Part shown: positions 11,351 through 24,204 of the stretch, piece after piece
Layout: each line of letters begins with the position of its first letter
Position numbering within the stretch: the first letter of the stretch is position 1
Origin: Octopus sinensis
Lineage: Eukaryota
Direction: 5' to 3'
NCBI RefSeq assembly: GCF_006345805.1
Contig: NC_042998.1
Location: 84,010,001-84,074,000 of the forward strand
DNA: 64,000 nucleotides
The notes under the pieces: model-generated
What the model saw: only the letters and a program-made list of their open reading frames with translations
Told to the model about the DNA's origin: nothing
Databases searched by the model: none
Position numbers and translations under genes: made by a program

Positions 11351-11879
11351 GCTATGAAAAATACCGCTAAGCTTTGTTCGATGAGCTTACAATTCTGCCA
11401 TTTCGTCGCCGTGCTGCTGAATAACAATTTCAATACTCCTTTATTTGCTACTAATGTCCATTTATTCATACAGTGTGCAGTTATAAATGAGCTACAAGAC
11501 ATGTGGTTATGTGTACACACAGATATATATAAATGAGTTTTGGGGCAAAAATTTATGCAATACATTAAAGCATTTTACAACAACGTCCGTACTCTTCCAT
11601 ACACAATTATTATTGTTTCTAACATATGCATAAGGCCTGAAATTTGTGGGTGGTGAAGAATCGATAATATCGATACCAGTACTTGACTGGTATTTTACTT
11701 TATTGATCACGATAGGATGAAAGACAAAATTGACTTCGGTGAGATTTGAACTCAGAACAATAAAGGCGGTAACAAACGCTGCAAGAGATTTCTTCCGACG
11801 CCTTAATGATTCTGCCTGTCTGCATACCACCCTTAATTTAATGATCTCAGAAATGTGGGAAAGGAACATTTAATTGTAT

Positions 11880-12112
11880 TGTCTCTGTATTTGACTGCTG
11901 GCGAGCTAAACAAGAGCTGGCAAGCGACCGCCTGCTATGGATATCAAAGCGTTATAATACTCGAGCAGGTCGTCCGAACACAACATATGCAGAACAACTC
12001 ACCAGAGATACTGAATGCCTCCCCGAAGACCTCTTTCAACTAATGCAGGACCAAGATGGATGGTGTGTGCGGATTAAAAATGTCCGAGCAAGATCGACCA
12101 GATGATGGTGAC
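11880..12112 (+). mobile_element. RTE-group LINE 3' fragment
   Basis: DCWRAKQELASDRLLW..RAGRPNTTYAEQLTRDT..LMQDQDGW..RIKNVRARST with a GATGAT tail. Confidence 0.6.
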
Positions 12113-13024
12113 ATGACTGAGTTCGCTTCGCATCTTTGAAGTCTCGATTTCGATCTCACTGCGTGTGATCTTGTGCAGGTGCATGTACTATAGCCACGAG
12201 TCGACTTAACCCAAGTCGGATGAGCTATACCTATAATACAGTCCAGCACCGTCACACTAACGTCACACTGAATCTACCACAGAATTACGTTAAAGGTACA
12301 CGTGTCTGTGTGAAGGCACGTGACCTAGTGGTTAGGGTATTCAGCTCAAAATCGCTAAGTTATGGGGATTTAAAACCCACGCCGGTTTGTCAGGAGGTGG
12401 GGGGGACAAACAAACACACTGGTATTTACATCAACGTATATGGAAAAGACAATATGTGGAGACGAGTGATTAACAAGTTGGCCTTGTGTCGACCCAAGTC
12501 GCATGTTCACCTGCAATGCAAGACCATAATTCATCGATTCAATGGAGCAGCGCTGTCACGTTTATATCATGCTGAATCTTTCTGAGAATTATACTGAGAA
12601 AGAGAAAGTGTACGTGCACACGCGCATGCGTGCGTGCGTGTGTATATGTGTGTTCGTGCGTGCATGTGTGTGCGTGCATGTGTGTGCGTGCATGTATGTG
12701 TGCGTACGTGCGTACGTGCCTCTGTATTTCTTGTTGATGTTTAGCCCCATGTACGTTCTGACAGAACATACCTATGTAATCAATGCCGTTCCAACCAAAA
12801 CCATCCCATCTTTTATCAGGCATATTATAATAAGACAATATTATTCAACGGATAGTAGAGTGCTGTCCGAGGAGGGGGCTGTTATTTCTAGCAAACCAAG
12901 TGACCAGGAGGAGGCTCCTTCTATTAAAAGTGAGTTTCATAATCACAACGAAAGGTTATCAACAACACACAAGTACATTTATATATTTTTTCTTTTGTTT
13001 GCACACTTTTTATTTTTAATGTTT

Positions 13025-13437
13025 GTGTGGCTATGTGGTAAGAAGCTTACTACCCAACAACATGGCTCCGGGCTCAGTCCTAAAGCGTGGTACCTGGAGC
13101 AAGTGTCTTCTACTATAGCCTCGGACCGATCGAAGCCTTGTGAGTGGATTTGGTAGATGGAAACTGAAAGAAGCCTGTCGTATATGTGTGTGCGTTTGCC
13201 CCCCCCCCACACACACACACACAGTGTGTCTATCTGTCTGTCCCCCACTATTGCTTGACAACCGGTGTTAGTGTGCTTACGTCCCCATCAATTAGCGGTT
13301 CAGCAAAAGACACCGACAGAATAATTATCAGGCTTAAAAAAAATAACCCTGGAGTCGATTCGCTTGAGTAAAAATTCTTCAATGCGGTGCCCCAGCACGG
13401 CCGCAGTCTAATGGCTGAAACAAGTAAAAAGATAAAA
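13025..13437 (+). mobile_element. SINE family B
   Basis: Full match to the family. Lies tail-to-tail with the CR1 LINE. Confidence 0.85.
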
Positions 13438-13469
13438 GATATTACTGCTGTTTCGTGAGATGAGCGTAA

Positions 13470-16400
13470 TTTTTTTTTTATCTAGTTTCAGTTCAGGAGC
13501 TGTGGCCATGCTGGGGCACCGCCATTTGGTGTTGCTACATGATTTTACTTCACGAATGCTTTCAGCAATTGCCATTTGGTGCATGAGAGAGTTCGATGCA
13601 GCTGCCCTCATCTGCACCTCCTGCCGTGAAGTTGGTTCATCTGGGACATCTGACAGGAAGAAATTCAATTTTTATTTTAAAGACATCTGCATCCACCCCA
13701 TGCAGGTCTCTCAGGTTCCTCGGGAGGATATTGAAGAGCTGTGGGCCTCTGAAGCCCAGGCTATCACAGTATCTTGTCCTACATCTTGATGGCAAATTTG
13801 GAGTCCTTGGCACTATGCAGTGGCGCCCAGTTCTGGCATTTGTGTAACTCTCGATGCCAAAGTTTGGGACAAGTCCTTCTAGGATCTTCCAGATGTATAT
13901 TATGGCATATCTTTCTCGCCTACGCTCTAAGGAATAGAGTCTTAATCTCTTGAGTCTTTCCCAGTAGCTTATATGCTGCACAGAGGCTATCTTCTTCGTG
14001 TAGCTTCGTTGGATCGCCTCAAGTTTTGTGATTAACTTGGCACTGGATGGTGACCATAGCTGAGAGCAATAGTCAAAGTGGCTTAGGATAAGTGTCCTCC
14101 AGAGGACCATCATGGTTTCCTGGTCTCTTGTTCTAAAGGTTCTAAGAATCCACCCGGTCAGCCGCCTACATTTTATTGCCAATTTAGCAACATGCACATG
14201 AAAGGTTGTATCATCACTCATGTAAATACCCAGGTCTCGCACTGATTGTGCCTCTGGGATTGCAATCCCTCCAGGTCCCGTGTATTTATTGGGTATTGCA
14301 TTTAGTTTTGCATGCTGATAGCATAAAGCTTGAAACTTTTCAGCATTGAACTGCATACTATTCTTTTCAGCCCACTTGTATATTTTGTCCAGCTCACATT
14401 GCAGGCGTTTAGTGTCTTCAGGGTTCTGTATTGCCTGTGAAACTTTTGTATCATCTGCATAACTTGTGATCGTGGCTCTCTGCGTGGCTGAGGGCATGTC
14501 TGAGAGGGACATTATAAACAGTAGTGGCCCCAAAACAGTGCCTTGCGGAACACCGCTCACTATTTGCGTGTTATTGGAGGTGGCCCCATTGGCTACTACC
14601 ACCTGACTTCTATCCTTCAGAAAGTCATGAAGCCATTCTCCCAATTTTCCAACTATGCCAAGATCACGCAGTTTGTGACATATCATTCCATGATCGACTT
14701 TATCAAAGGTCTTTGCAAAGTCGAGATATATGACTTCCACATTTGAGTGGTTGAGCAGTCGTTTCAGCACCCAGTCATAGTGTTGTAGGAGCTGAGTTAA
14801 GCAGCTTCTTCCTGGTCGGAAACCATGTTGGGTGTCAGGCAGCAAGTTATTTTCTTCAAGGAAGGTGATTAGTTTCCTTCTGAATATTCGTTCCATGACC
14901 TTGCTGATGTGTGAGGTCAGAGAGATAGGTCTGTAGTTCTTGGCCTCTGCTCTGCTACCTCCTTTGTGAATAGGGCATATTTTACCTTCCTTCAGTTTTC
15001 TTGGAAGTTTGTCAGTTGCAAGGAGGCTCTGAAAGAGGAACTGCAGTGGTCTTGCTTGGACTCTCTTACATACTTTTAGAAGGATTGCTGGGAATCCATC
15101 GGGGCCAGTAGCTGAGTTTGTTTTCATTTCATCTATAGCCTTTATTACATCGTCTTCCTTTATATTGATGTAATCAATCATCGCTGCCTCTGATTTTTCA
15201 TCTGCAGTGGTAAAGAAGTCAGTTGGATTGCTGACTTGAAAATGCCCTAGGGGTGGAGTGAAAATACCCTTGAATTGCTCATTTAGTATTTCACTTATCC
15301 TCATTGGATTTTTCTGTGAGTGTGCCATCCTTTTCAAGGAGTGGCCCTATCCTACAGTGCACCGTAGCTGTTTCTTTGGCATACCTGTAGAAAGCTCTGG
15401 GGTTAGATTTTATGTTGCCCAGGCTTCTTTGTCTGCTCTTTCTTTTCATGGGAGAGTTGCAGACATTTTTCAATTTCCAACAGATTTATTTTCAGGCGGG
15501 ACTTTTCACTGCTTTCAATTTGTTTGTTTAGGCGATTTGAAACTTTTATACGCCGTCTCATTAGAATTTTCCTCTCTCTGAGGATTTTGTTCTTGTGTAC
15601 AGTGGCCTTTCTCTCTGGGACACATTTGTAGCATATGGCTTGCATTACAGACATGAATTGTTGAAGTTTCATGTCGATGTCTGGCGAGGAGAAACATTCA
15701 GGCCAGTTTTATTTGAGGATCTCTTTCTCAATTTGTTTCCAGTTTGCCTTATGGAAGTTCAAGCTGGAAAGATTCTGAGAGTTTCTTGTAAACTGCATGT
15801 CCATGCTTTCCTTTGGCCCGTACATGGTCAGCTCTACCATGTTGTGATCCGAGAGTTGTGTCGGTATCACTTTCACATTATGGATGAGATCCATATTATT
15901 TGTGAAGCAGAGATCCAGTGTGTTACCTGCCCTGGTTGGTTGGAGTATTATTTGCTCCATGTACAGAGTGTTGATGAGGTTCAGGAGGGACCTCGCCTGT
16001 CCTCGTTCGCATCGTGTCATTCCTGGGAGAGAAAGGCCCTCGGGCCATCTGACATTGGGCAGATTGAAGTCTCCCATAAGAAGTACACTTATGTGTTGTT
16101 CTAATGTGACTAGAACTTCTATTTTTATAAGGCAGTCTTCAAACTTGCCTACATATAACTACACCAAGTTGCCTTATATGTACAATTAGTGTGTCACAAA
16201 CCGAGTTTGAGAATGACAAAAGGACCTGGGGTGTGAGGTCCTCGTGGATGTACATAGCAACTCCTCCATGACTCCTTTCTTTTCTGTCGGTCCGTAGTAC
16301 AACATACTTTGGTATGTGTAATTCCGCATCTGCTATGTCCGGTTTCAGCTGTGTTTCTGTAACTGCTATGCATAAGGCTTGATTGCATGCAACAAGGTCT

Positions 16401-16640
16401 CTCAAGAACAGGATTTTTGTCTTGTTACTGAGGGTTAGCAGTCCTCGGATGTTCAGTAGGAGCATCGAGGTGATGTGTGTGCTGTTGCCGGTAGTGTCCA
16501 CCTTGGGTCTATTTGCTGTGGCGGTCTTGTATATTGTGGATAGTCCCATCTGCGAGTTTGAGTTTGATGGAGCCAGGTTAGCTGCTGTACAATCTTTTGT
16601 GCCATGCACAAAAAAGATTCTTGTTCAGCAGCTGCCCTTT
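13470..16640 (-). mobile_element. CR1-type LINE, 5'-truncated, ORF2 (APE endonuclease + RT) with several frameshifts
   Basis: LLNIRG..AVTET, RSHGGV, GDFNLP (APE); GPDG, NYRPISLTS, QHGF, YLDF.K.FDKV, GVPQGTVLGPLLF, YADD (RT); SLERRR..C-terminus; short A-tail at 13470-13479. No TSD found. Confidence 0.92.
13637..15337 (-). pseudogene. Largest intact piece of the CR1-type reverse transcriptase (566 aa)
   Basis: ORF-track translation contains RT domains 0-7. The upstream APE lies in other frames (16139-16609, 15709-16077). Confidence 0.9.
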
Positions 16641-17424
16641 CAATAACATAAAAATTTACGGCGAACGGGCACAGCGAGCAAAAATGTTAAAAAATTGAAC
16701 TTTGGGGAGAAAACATTCTTTCACAGAAAGACATCACTACTTGCTCTTTTCCTTCTCATGAGGTAGAGACAGCTAATCTAAAAGTCCGCCGTTTCGAGAT
16801 TACCTCCATCTCGAGAGACGAGTCTAGCAGTAAAAATTTTCCTTTTATTTAAAATAGGCCACAAACTTTGGCAGGAGATGGCGGTTCAGATGATTTTTAT
16901 TGAGACCAGTACATGGCTTGTATTGAGTTTATCGACCGTCGCCGGAAAGATAACAGCGGAGCCGATCCCCGACGGATCCAAAATTATAATTTATAAGGTC
17001 GTAATTATGTATGGGACAAAGACAATCAAAAAAAATTTTTCGTTTTTTTTTTTTTTGTTTTTTTGCAATTTTCTTCACTGAAATCCCAACTCTAACAACT
17101 AAAGTATGAATGAATATGTATTAATTATATATTAGACTTGATCTTGATCATACGCAATACCTAGTATAGGATTTGAACCCTGTTTCAAAGAAACAGAAAA
17201 TAAATATGGTATCTGCTGTCCGGTCTTGATTTCTGGATGCACATCTTTCGCACTATTAACGTAAGACTACTTAAGAAAAGCATGAACATCACAGAATCTG
17301 ATCTAATTTTGCAATGTTATTATATAATCTTAGGCTTCGCGTAGAAAATGTCTAATCATTATTATTTTCAAGAAGTAATTACAAAATGCCAGCAGTTTTT
17401 GTTACAACACTTTAGGTTCCAAGT

Positions 17425-18163
17425 TCAAATGCCGCCGATGACCGGCTTTTTTTTTTTTTTTTTTGCATTTTTTGCTTTTGTTTTCATCACCCAGGAACCG
17501 ATAAGAAAAATAATACTAGTCAAACACTGATATCGATTCAATCTAATAACAGTGAGCTTATAAGAGAAGACTAAGAAGGAGTAGTAAATATTTACATACA
17601 AATGCCATACACACGCATGTACACACACACTTAGACAACCTCACCTGCAAAAGAAACCGAATACACGAAGAAAGTTTGTCCGCAGTCAGGACACTTTTCA
17701 CTAGGAAAAACATCAACAGCTGGAGATAAACTAATTGTTTACTTGCATTCATACAACACTTCCATATGTGCCCAATACGCGAGACAATTTGCAGCAGAAT
17801 ATACTCGTTTGATGTAGATGTATTATTTATAAATAATTTCAGCAACTAACATTACAATAACAATGACAACAAAAATACCCCAGATATAACATAAAACAGA
17901 ACATCAGAGCAGCTGTAGTACACCTGAACACATTGTACAGAATAAGCTCGTTATAAAAAAAAAAAAAGCGTAGTTAGTCAACAAGGACAAACAACAAAAA
18001 ACTTATTTCGTCATTCGCACATTCAGAAACGAAACAACATGAAAAAATAAAAGTCGAGAAAAATATCATAAACTCACTGTTTTTAGTTCCTCAGCACGTC
18101 CGTTTACATAATGACCAGCCGAATCTTTCATGTATAACATATATGATATATAAGTGCGTAAGA

Positions 18164-18206
<43 letters not shown>

Positions 18207-18293
18207 CGTTAAAAAGATAGTGATGGGTTGTTATTTCGGGTGTTGTCTAAAACACTGACTTTGTTGTTTGTCATTTCTAGATGCCATAGTCCT
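17425..18293 (-). CDS. Candidate compact 5-exon gene (exons 18293-18260, 18124-18078, 17923-17879, 17719-17645, 17556-17425); predicted ~108-aa small hydrophobic protein
   Basis: Chain of GT-AG sites in phase, ACTATGG start context, branch-like TGACTAAC and poly-T before exon 3, donors GTGAGT and GTGAGG. No homology recognised and alternative frames are possible. Confidence 0.35.
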
Positions 18294-19074
18294 CTAGAAG
18301 AAACAACGAAAAAATACATATTGAAATAAAATGTCGTTTGTTTTGTTTGTTTATCAAGTTTTTTTTATTGAAAAAAAAAATTAGTTCGTTTTACTTTCTA
18401 AATTTTCTTGTCCTCACTGTTTTCTCATGTTTTCCGCACTAACACAAGCTCTTTGCATTTCGTTATACTTATATAATTATACGCATATACTTGTATGATT
18501 TAAATATCGTTTATATTAATAATATATAACTCGCCACCCTTTCATTACGGGGTGGAGTTTCTGAGCTTTTTTGACGATCAGTTTTGTTTCTATTTTTCTC
18601 AATAGATGTACTCCTAGTTCAAGGTAATGATATTATCAAAAATCCATCCGCGTTATAAAAAAAAAACAATCAGAAATAAAAACAAGTAATTCTAAAACAA
18701 CAAAAGGCTAACTAGTAATAACAGAAGCCAGAAAAATAAACTGGAAGTTTTTGTTTGGGTCATATATCTCGTGTTGATGTATGTTCTGTGGCATGTTTCT
18801 GTGAGTTGCTGTTACTACTGCTGCGGCTGTTGTTGATATGTAGAACAAGCAGTTCTTTTCCGCCAAACTGACATATGCTCACATCAATATCAACTAAATA
18901 TATTACCGATACGAGACGAAATAAAAGTACGCAAGCTATACCTATATGAGTGTGTGTGTACACACGCACACATATATATATATAAATATATATTTAAACA
19001 TGTTAATATGTATGTGTATATATATATAGTTATTTATATAATGTATATTTATTATGCATATCTCTCTTTTCTCT

Positions 19075-19215
19075 TTCTCTCTTTTACTTGTTTCAGTCAT
19101 TTGACTGCGGCCATGCTGGAGCACCGCCTTTAGTCGAGCAAATCGACCCCGGGACTTATTCTTTGTAAGCCCAGTACTTATTCTATCGGTCTCTTTTGCC
19201 GAACCGCTAAGTGAC
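19075..19215 (-). mobile_element. SINE family B, 3' part
   Basis: Reverse complement of the tail. Confidence 0.85.
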
Positions 19216-19314
19216 GATATTTATTTGTATCTATATATGTATGCATGCATGTGGGGGTAACTAGACGAGGTGATAAAAATGAAATGAGATAGATAGATAG
19301 ATAGATAGATAGAC

Positions 19315-19452
<138 letters not shown>

Positions 19453-21466
19453 ACAGACAGGCCGGTAGGCAGACAGGCAGACAAACTAAAGAGAAATAAA
19501 GTGAGACAAAGTAGAAAGGATAATGATGAAGCCAGGGGAAGCGAATAAACTGTAAAAGCGAAGTGAGTAGATGAAAGAAGGAGATAAAGACAGAGTGAGA
19601 GAGTGGTGGAAGGAACGGAAAGTGAGAAAGATTGAAAGAGAAAGAAATTATATTTCTGAATATATTGCTTTTCAGTTCACAAATATTTGGGGAAACATAC
19701 ATACACAGGGAGACACACTTGGATGCAAATCCGAAAACACTTGCTTCACGTGTGCATTTGCGTGAAACCTCAAAACATGAATGAATATATGCATGTGTGT
19801 GTGTTTATGTATGTATGTATGTATGTATGTATGTATGTATGTATGTATGTATGTACGTATGTACATATATACAGATTGAGAGACTGAGAGTCACGTACAC
19901 CTGTATATACACACACACACATAGAGGTTCGGTCATTCACACACGCATACACACGCATACAAACGAATCCGCACGCACACATACACACTTGATGCGTAGA
20001 TTACTTCACCTTTGTTTCTTAATAATATTCATTTCACGTTTAAAATTTCTTGACTTCTCTTTACTTTTGATTTCATAAATCACAAAATACTAGATACCAA
20101 GATGCACACTACGTTTCCATTCAGAAAGGCGTTGATTTGATCTCTCCATCACCGCTCTGTCCCCCTGTCTTCTCCCCCCCTCTCACTCAATCACTCTCTC
20201 CCACCCCTACTCTCTCCATCATTGCCATTAATTCTCACTTCTTTTATCCAGTTCGACCTTAGTTTCAAGCTCCCGTTTCCAGACATTTCCCCTCACTTTA
20301 TTCTTTCATTTTTCATAATGTTCTTTCTTCTTCTTCTTCTTCTTCTTCTCTTCTTCTTCTTCTTCTTCTTCTTCTTCTTCTTCTTCTTCTCTCGCTTTCT
20401 CTCTCTCTCTCTCTCTGTCCTTTTTTTCCTTTTTCCTAATGTTTCCCCTCTCTAACTCACTCTCTCACTCTTACATTAATCCTTCACCTCTCTCTCTCTC
20501 ACACATACGCACGCTCTCTCTCTCTCTCTCTCTCTCTCTATGTATGTATATATCTCTTTCTCTCAAACTCTTGATAGATATCTCAAACAAACTCTCTCCA
20601 ACTACCAGTATTTCTAATTTCTCTTAGTATTCTACTCTTACTCTTTTCCACTCTGTCACACTGCTCAATCTTTCTAACGCCCTTCATCCTCCCCTTCAAA
20701 CCCTCACACTATCTCTTTCATCTACCTTTTCTTTCCCTTTCTGTTCTCTACTTCTCTATTCTACTTCTCCCCCTCCCTTTCTGTCTCACTAACAAACTAA
20801 CCCCCCCTTCCTTCCTAACATCCATGTTCATGGATGTCGTCTGCCAGCCCAGCTCTCAATATGTCACGTTCAAAATAATCATCAGACGCCCACAGCTCGC
20901 CACATGCAACCAGATATCGATATTATGTATTTATTTCTAGATTCATTCTTTCAATATTTCCCTTCTCTTTTAAACTTTTCTCTCTATCTCCTACTTTTTA
21001 TTTTTTATGTGACTATATGTCCACATATTTGCATATGTCCATGCTGTCACGCTCTCACCTGTCCTACACGTATACCGTTATATAAATTTTAATCACGTTC
21101 TCCCTTTCAATTCAGTCTTTCTAGCCTTCTGTTTTTCTTTATGTATGTATATGTACATATATATATATGTGTGTGTGTGTGTGTATGAGTGTATATGTAT
21201 ACGAGTGTGTGTATGTATGTATACATATGCATATATAAATACATGTGTGTGTAAAAATATGTAAACATAAGTAAATATAAATGGATATAGCTACATGCAA
21301 ATATATGTGTATGTGTGAGTGTGTGACTGTATATGAATATAGATACATGCAAATATATGTGTGTGTGTGTGTGTGTAACATACAAAGATGTATAAACAAA
21401 TGTGCTTATATATTAGTGTTGATTGTGTATGATGTTTAAAATGAATGCAGGTATGTGTGTATAAGT

Positions 21467-21760
21467 GAAGGCGCATGGCTTAGTGGTTAAAACGTCGCAC
21501 TTACAATCATCAGAAAGTGAGTTCGATTCCCGGACCGGGCTGTGTGTTGTGTTCTTAAGCAAGACACTTTTAGTTCACACTGACCCAGGTCACTCAGCTG
21601 TAGAAATGAGTTGCAACATCACTGGTGCCAAGCTGTATTAACCTTTGCCTTTCCCTTGGATAACATCAATGGTGTAGAGAGGGGAGGCTGGTACTCATGG
21701 CCTTGTAGGATAACTTTCTAGGTGCAGTCCCGCGATCATTCATGACCGAAGGGGGTCTGT
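21467..21760 (+). mobile_element. CORE-type tRNA SINE (family C)
   Basis: GAAGGCGCATGGCTTAGTGG A-box, GTTCGATTCC B-box, then TGTGTTCTTAAGCAAGACACTT...CACTCAGCTGTAGAAATGAG resembling the CORE domain. Other copies at ~3865-3990, 35090-35300 (-) and 63385-63520. Confidence 0.8.
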
Positions 21761-21799
21761 ACACTTTTTACACACACATATACATATATATATATATAT

Positions 21800-21836
<37 letters not shown>

Positions 21837-21949
21837 CAAAGTTATTTTATTCTACACGGGTAGAAATATAGGAAAAATAGAAGTTGAAACTGCACTGAGA
21901 GTAGTTGAAATGTTTTATTTATTATTTTATTTAAAGAATATTCGCTTAT

Positions 21950-22129
21950 TCTTTTACTCTTTTACTTGTTTCGGTCATTTGACTGCGGCCATGCTGGAGC
22001 GCCGCCTTTAGTCGAACAGATCTGGTCGGAACTTATTCTTTATAAGCCTAGTACTTAATTCTATCGGTCGCTTTTGCCGAACCTCTAAGTTGCCAAGTGA
22101 TGGTGGGGGAGAGAAACAAGACACATATG

Positions 22130-22171
<42 letters not shown>

Positions 22172-22620
22172 TATATATATTATATATATAGATATATATA
22201 TGTTAATAAAATAGAACAGATGCATATATATAAACATATATGTACGTACCTACCTCTACATGTACATATACACGCATATATGTGTACAGGACACCAAAAA
22301 GACGTCGAACACATAGAGAGACGAAACACATAGACACAAACCAAGGAACAAGACAAGCAAAAAAAAGAGAGATACAGGACAATAAGCACAACGAAAAATC
22401 CCCTTCTTCAGTCGCTAAGGTTTCATCTACTAAACGTTTCGAAGGATATATATATATATGACGAGCTTCTTTCAGTTTCCGTCTACCAAATTAAATCACA
22501 AGGCTTTGGTCGGCCCAAGGCTAATGTAGAAGACACTTGCCTAAGATGCCACGCAGTGGGACTGAACCTGGAACCATGTGGTTGGGAAGCAAGCTTCTTA
22601 CCACACAGCCATTCTTGCAC
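21950..22620 (-). mobile_element. SINE family B split by a second element (~22290-22445) inserted in its central (TA)n
   Basis: 3' half at 21950-22120 and 5' half at 22460-22620, same orientation. Confidence 0.8.
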
Positions 22621-22625
22621 CTTTT

Positions 22626-22782
22626 ATTAAAGCTGCAAAAACATCACAAAAACTGCAACTCAGAGTTTCACACTCCCGTTCGTCGAGCGTTTGTGATCAC
22701 AACGGACTGACAGATAGTTGCCCGACGAACGGGAACGTGAAACTCTGAGTAGCAGTTTTTGTGATATTTTTGTAACTTTAAT
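22626..22782. mobile_element. Fold-back element related to 5320-5520
   Basis: ~62-bp inverted arms sharing AACTCWGAGT with 5320-5520. The loop contains CTGACAGA and the right arm contains GAAAC-TCTGA-GT-A. Confidence 0.8.
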
Positions 22783-22986
22783 TTAAAAAAGCACATTACT
22801 CTACCTTCGGTATTTGAGTACTATTCTTTCCAACTTGTTTTGTATTTATATTCTTATTCGTGTATACAATATATATATATCTGTTTGTGTGTGTGTGTAT
22901 GTGTGTGTGTATGTGTGTGTGCGCGCGTGTGTGTGTGTTGTGTGTGTGCATGTATGTGCGTGTAAACATGAATATGTACATATGTG

Positions 22987-23034
<48 letters not shown>

Positions 23035-23367
23035 CGTATGTGTGTCTGCGCGTGTTTAAAGTGAATGCAGGCGTGGAGCCATCCATGATTTTCCGGGTTC
23101 GATTTTGGACAAGTGCATTTTACTCTAACTTCAGCATTCTTAGAGTGAATTTGGGTGGCGGAATTTGATTTCAGACTCATTCTACTCGAGAATTACACTA
23201 AAGGTTCGTGTGTCTGGATTTCAACGACTTTGCATTTCTTCTTCAATGCGCGTTAGTTGTTCAACAGATCGAACCACTGGACGCTCATACTATGAAATCA
23301 GCGGCAAAGTCCATCATATTTTGTGTGTGTGTGCGTACGCGTACACGCAAGCGTGAGTTTGTGTGTG

Positions 23368-23415
<48 letters not shown>

Positions 23416-23515
23416 NNNNNNNNNNNNNNNNNNNNNNNNNNNNNNNNNNNNNNNNNNNNNNNNNNNNNNNNNNNNNNNNNNNNNNNNNNNNNNNNNNNNN
23501 NNNNNNNNNNNNNNN
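23416..23515. other. Assembly gap (100 N) after a (TA)n tract
   Basis: Run of N. Confidence 0.99.
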
Positions 23516-24204
23516 TCTTGTATAAAGAAGGGTGTGTGGCTTTATACTCTATCAATATTCTTGGAATCGTAGCTGTCTGTTCTTTCTACCTGGTCAATAA
23601 ATATGAATATATATGAATGTATGTACGTATGTATGTAGACAGGTAGGTAGGTCTCTATGTATGTACCTAGGTACCTGTATGTTTATGTGAGCATGCATGT
23701 ATATGAATTTATATGTCTATATGCGTATGCCAGTATGATATATATATGTGAATGACACTATATTTGTATGTGTGCATGTGTGCGTATGTATCTATGTATG
23801 CACCTAAATGTATGTATATATTTATATATTCCAGATGGGATTCGGAAGAAACCAGAAGGAACAGGTAAGAAGCATCCCACGTTGTTTTATTTTCCTCCTC
23901 CCTCTCCTCGTCCTATAGCTCTCGTATATACTCTACACTTCCACCGCCCCCTGTTGACTGCAGTATGTGTGTTAGTCTCCATGTATGCACAAGTGTGTGC
24001 GCGTGTGTGAGAGTGTTTATGTGTTGCGTAGAGTCATGTCTATGCGTATGTGCATGTATTGTGTTGTGTGTATGTGTGTTCACGGCCGAAGCCCACTCCA
24101 TACTGCTCCAGTCCACATCAGTTCTGTTTTTTTTTAATTCAATCTTTACCTCCTTCATTGACTATTTCAATAGCTGCAGAACGAAACAGAGGTTCATGTG
24201 CATT

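Noticed and set aside
17180-17551. Plus-strand exon-like segments (GFEPCFKETENKYGICCPV..; TDKKNNTSQTLISIQSNN)
   Set aside because: Their phases do not join. The strong poly-T acceptor is the complement of the A-run in the minus-strand model. Kept only as an alternative.
17879-18124. Alternative phase-1 exon chain with two in-frame TGA codons next to Cys (possible selenoprotein)
   Set aside because: No SECIS recognised and no homology; TGA is common by chance in unused frames.
22390-22445. GAAAC..CTGAAGA in type-II hammerhead order (minus strand); similar at 39520-39575
   Set aside because: Stems I and II could not be paired convincingly, and the second lacks an NUH site.
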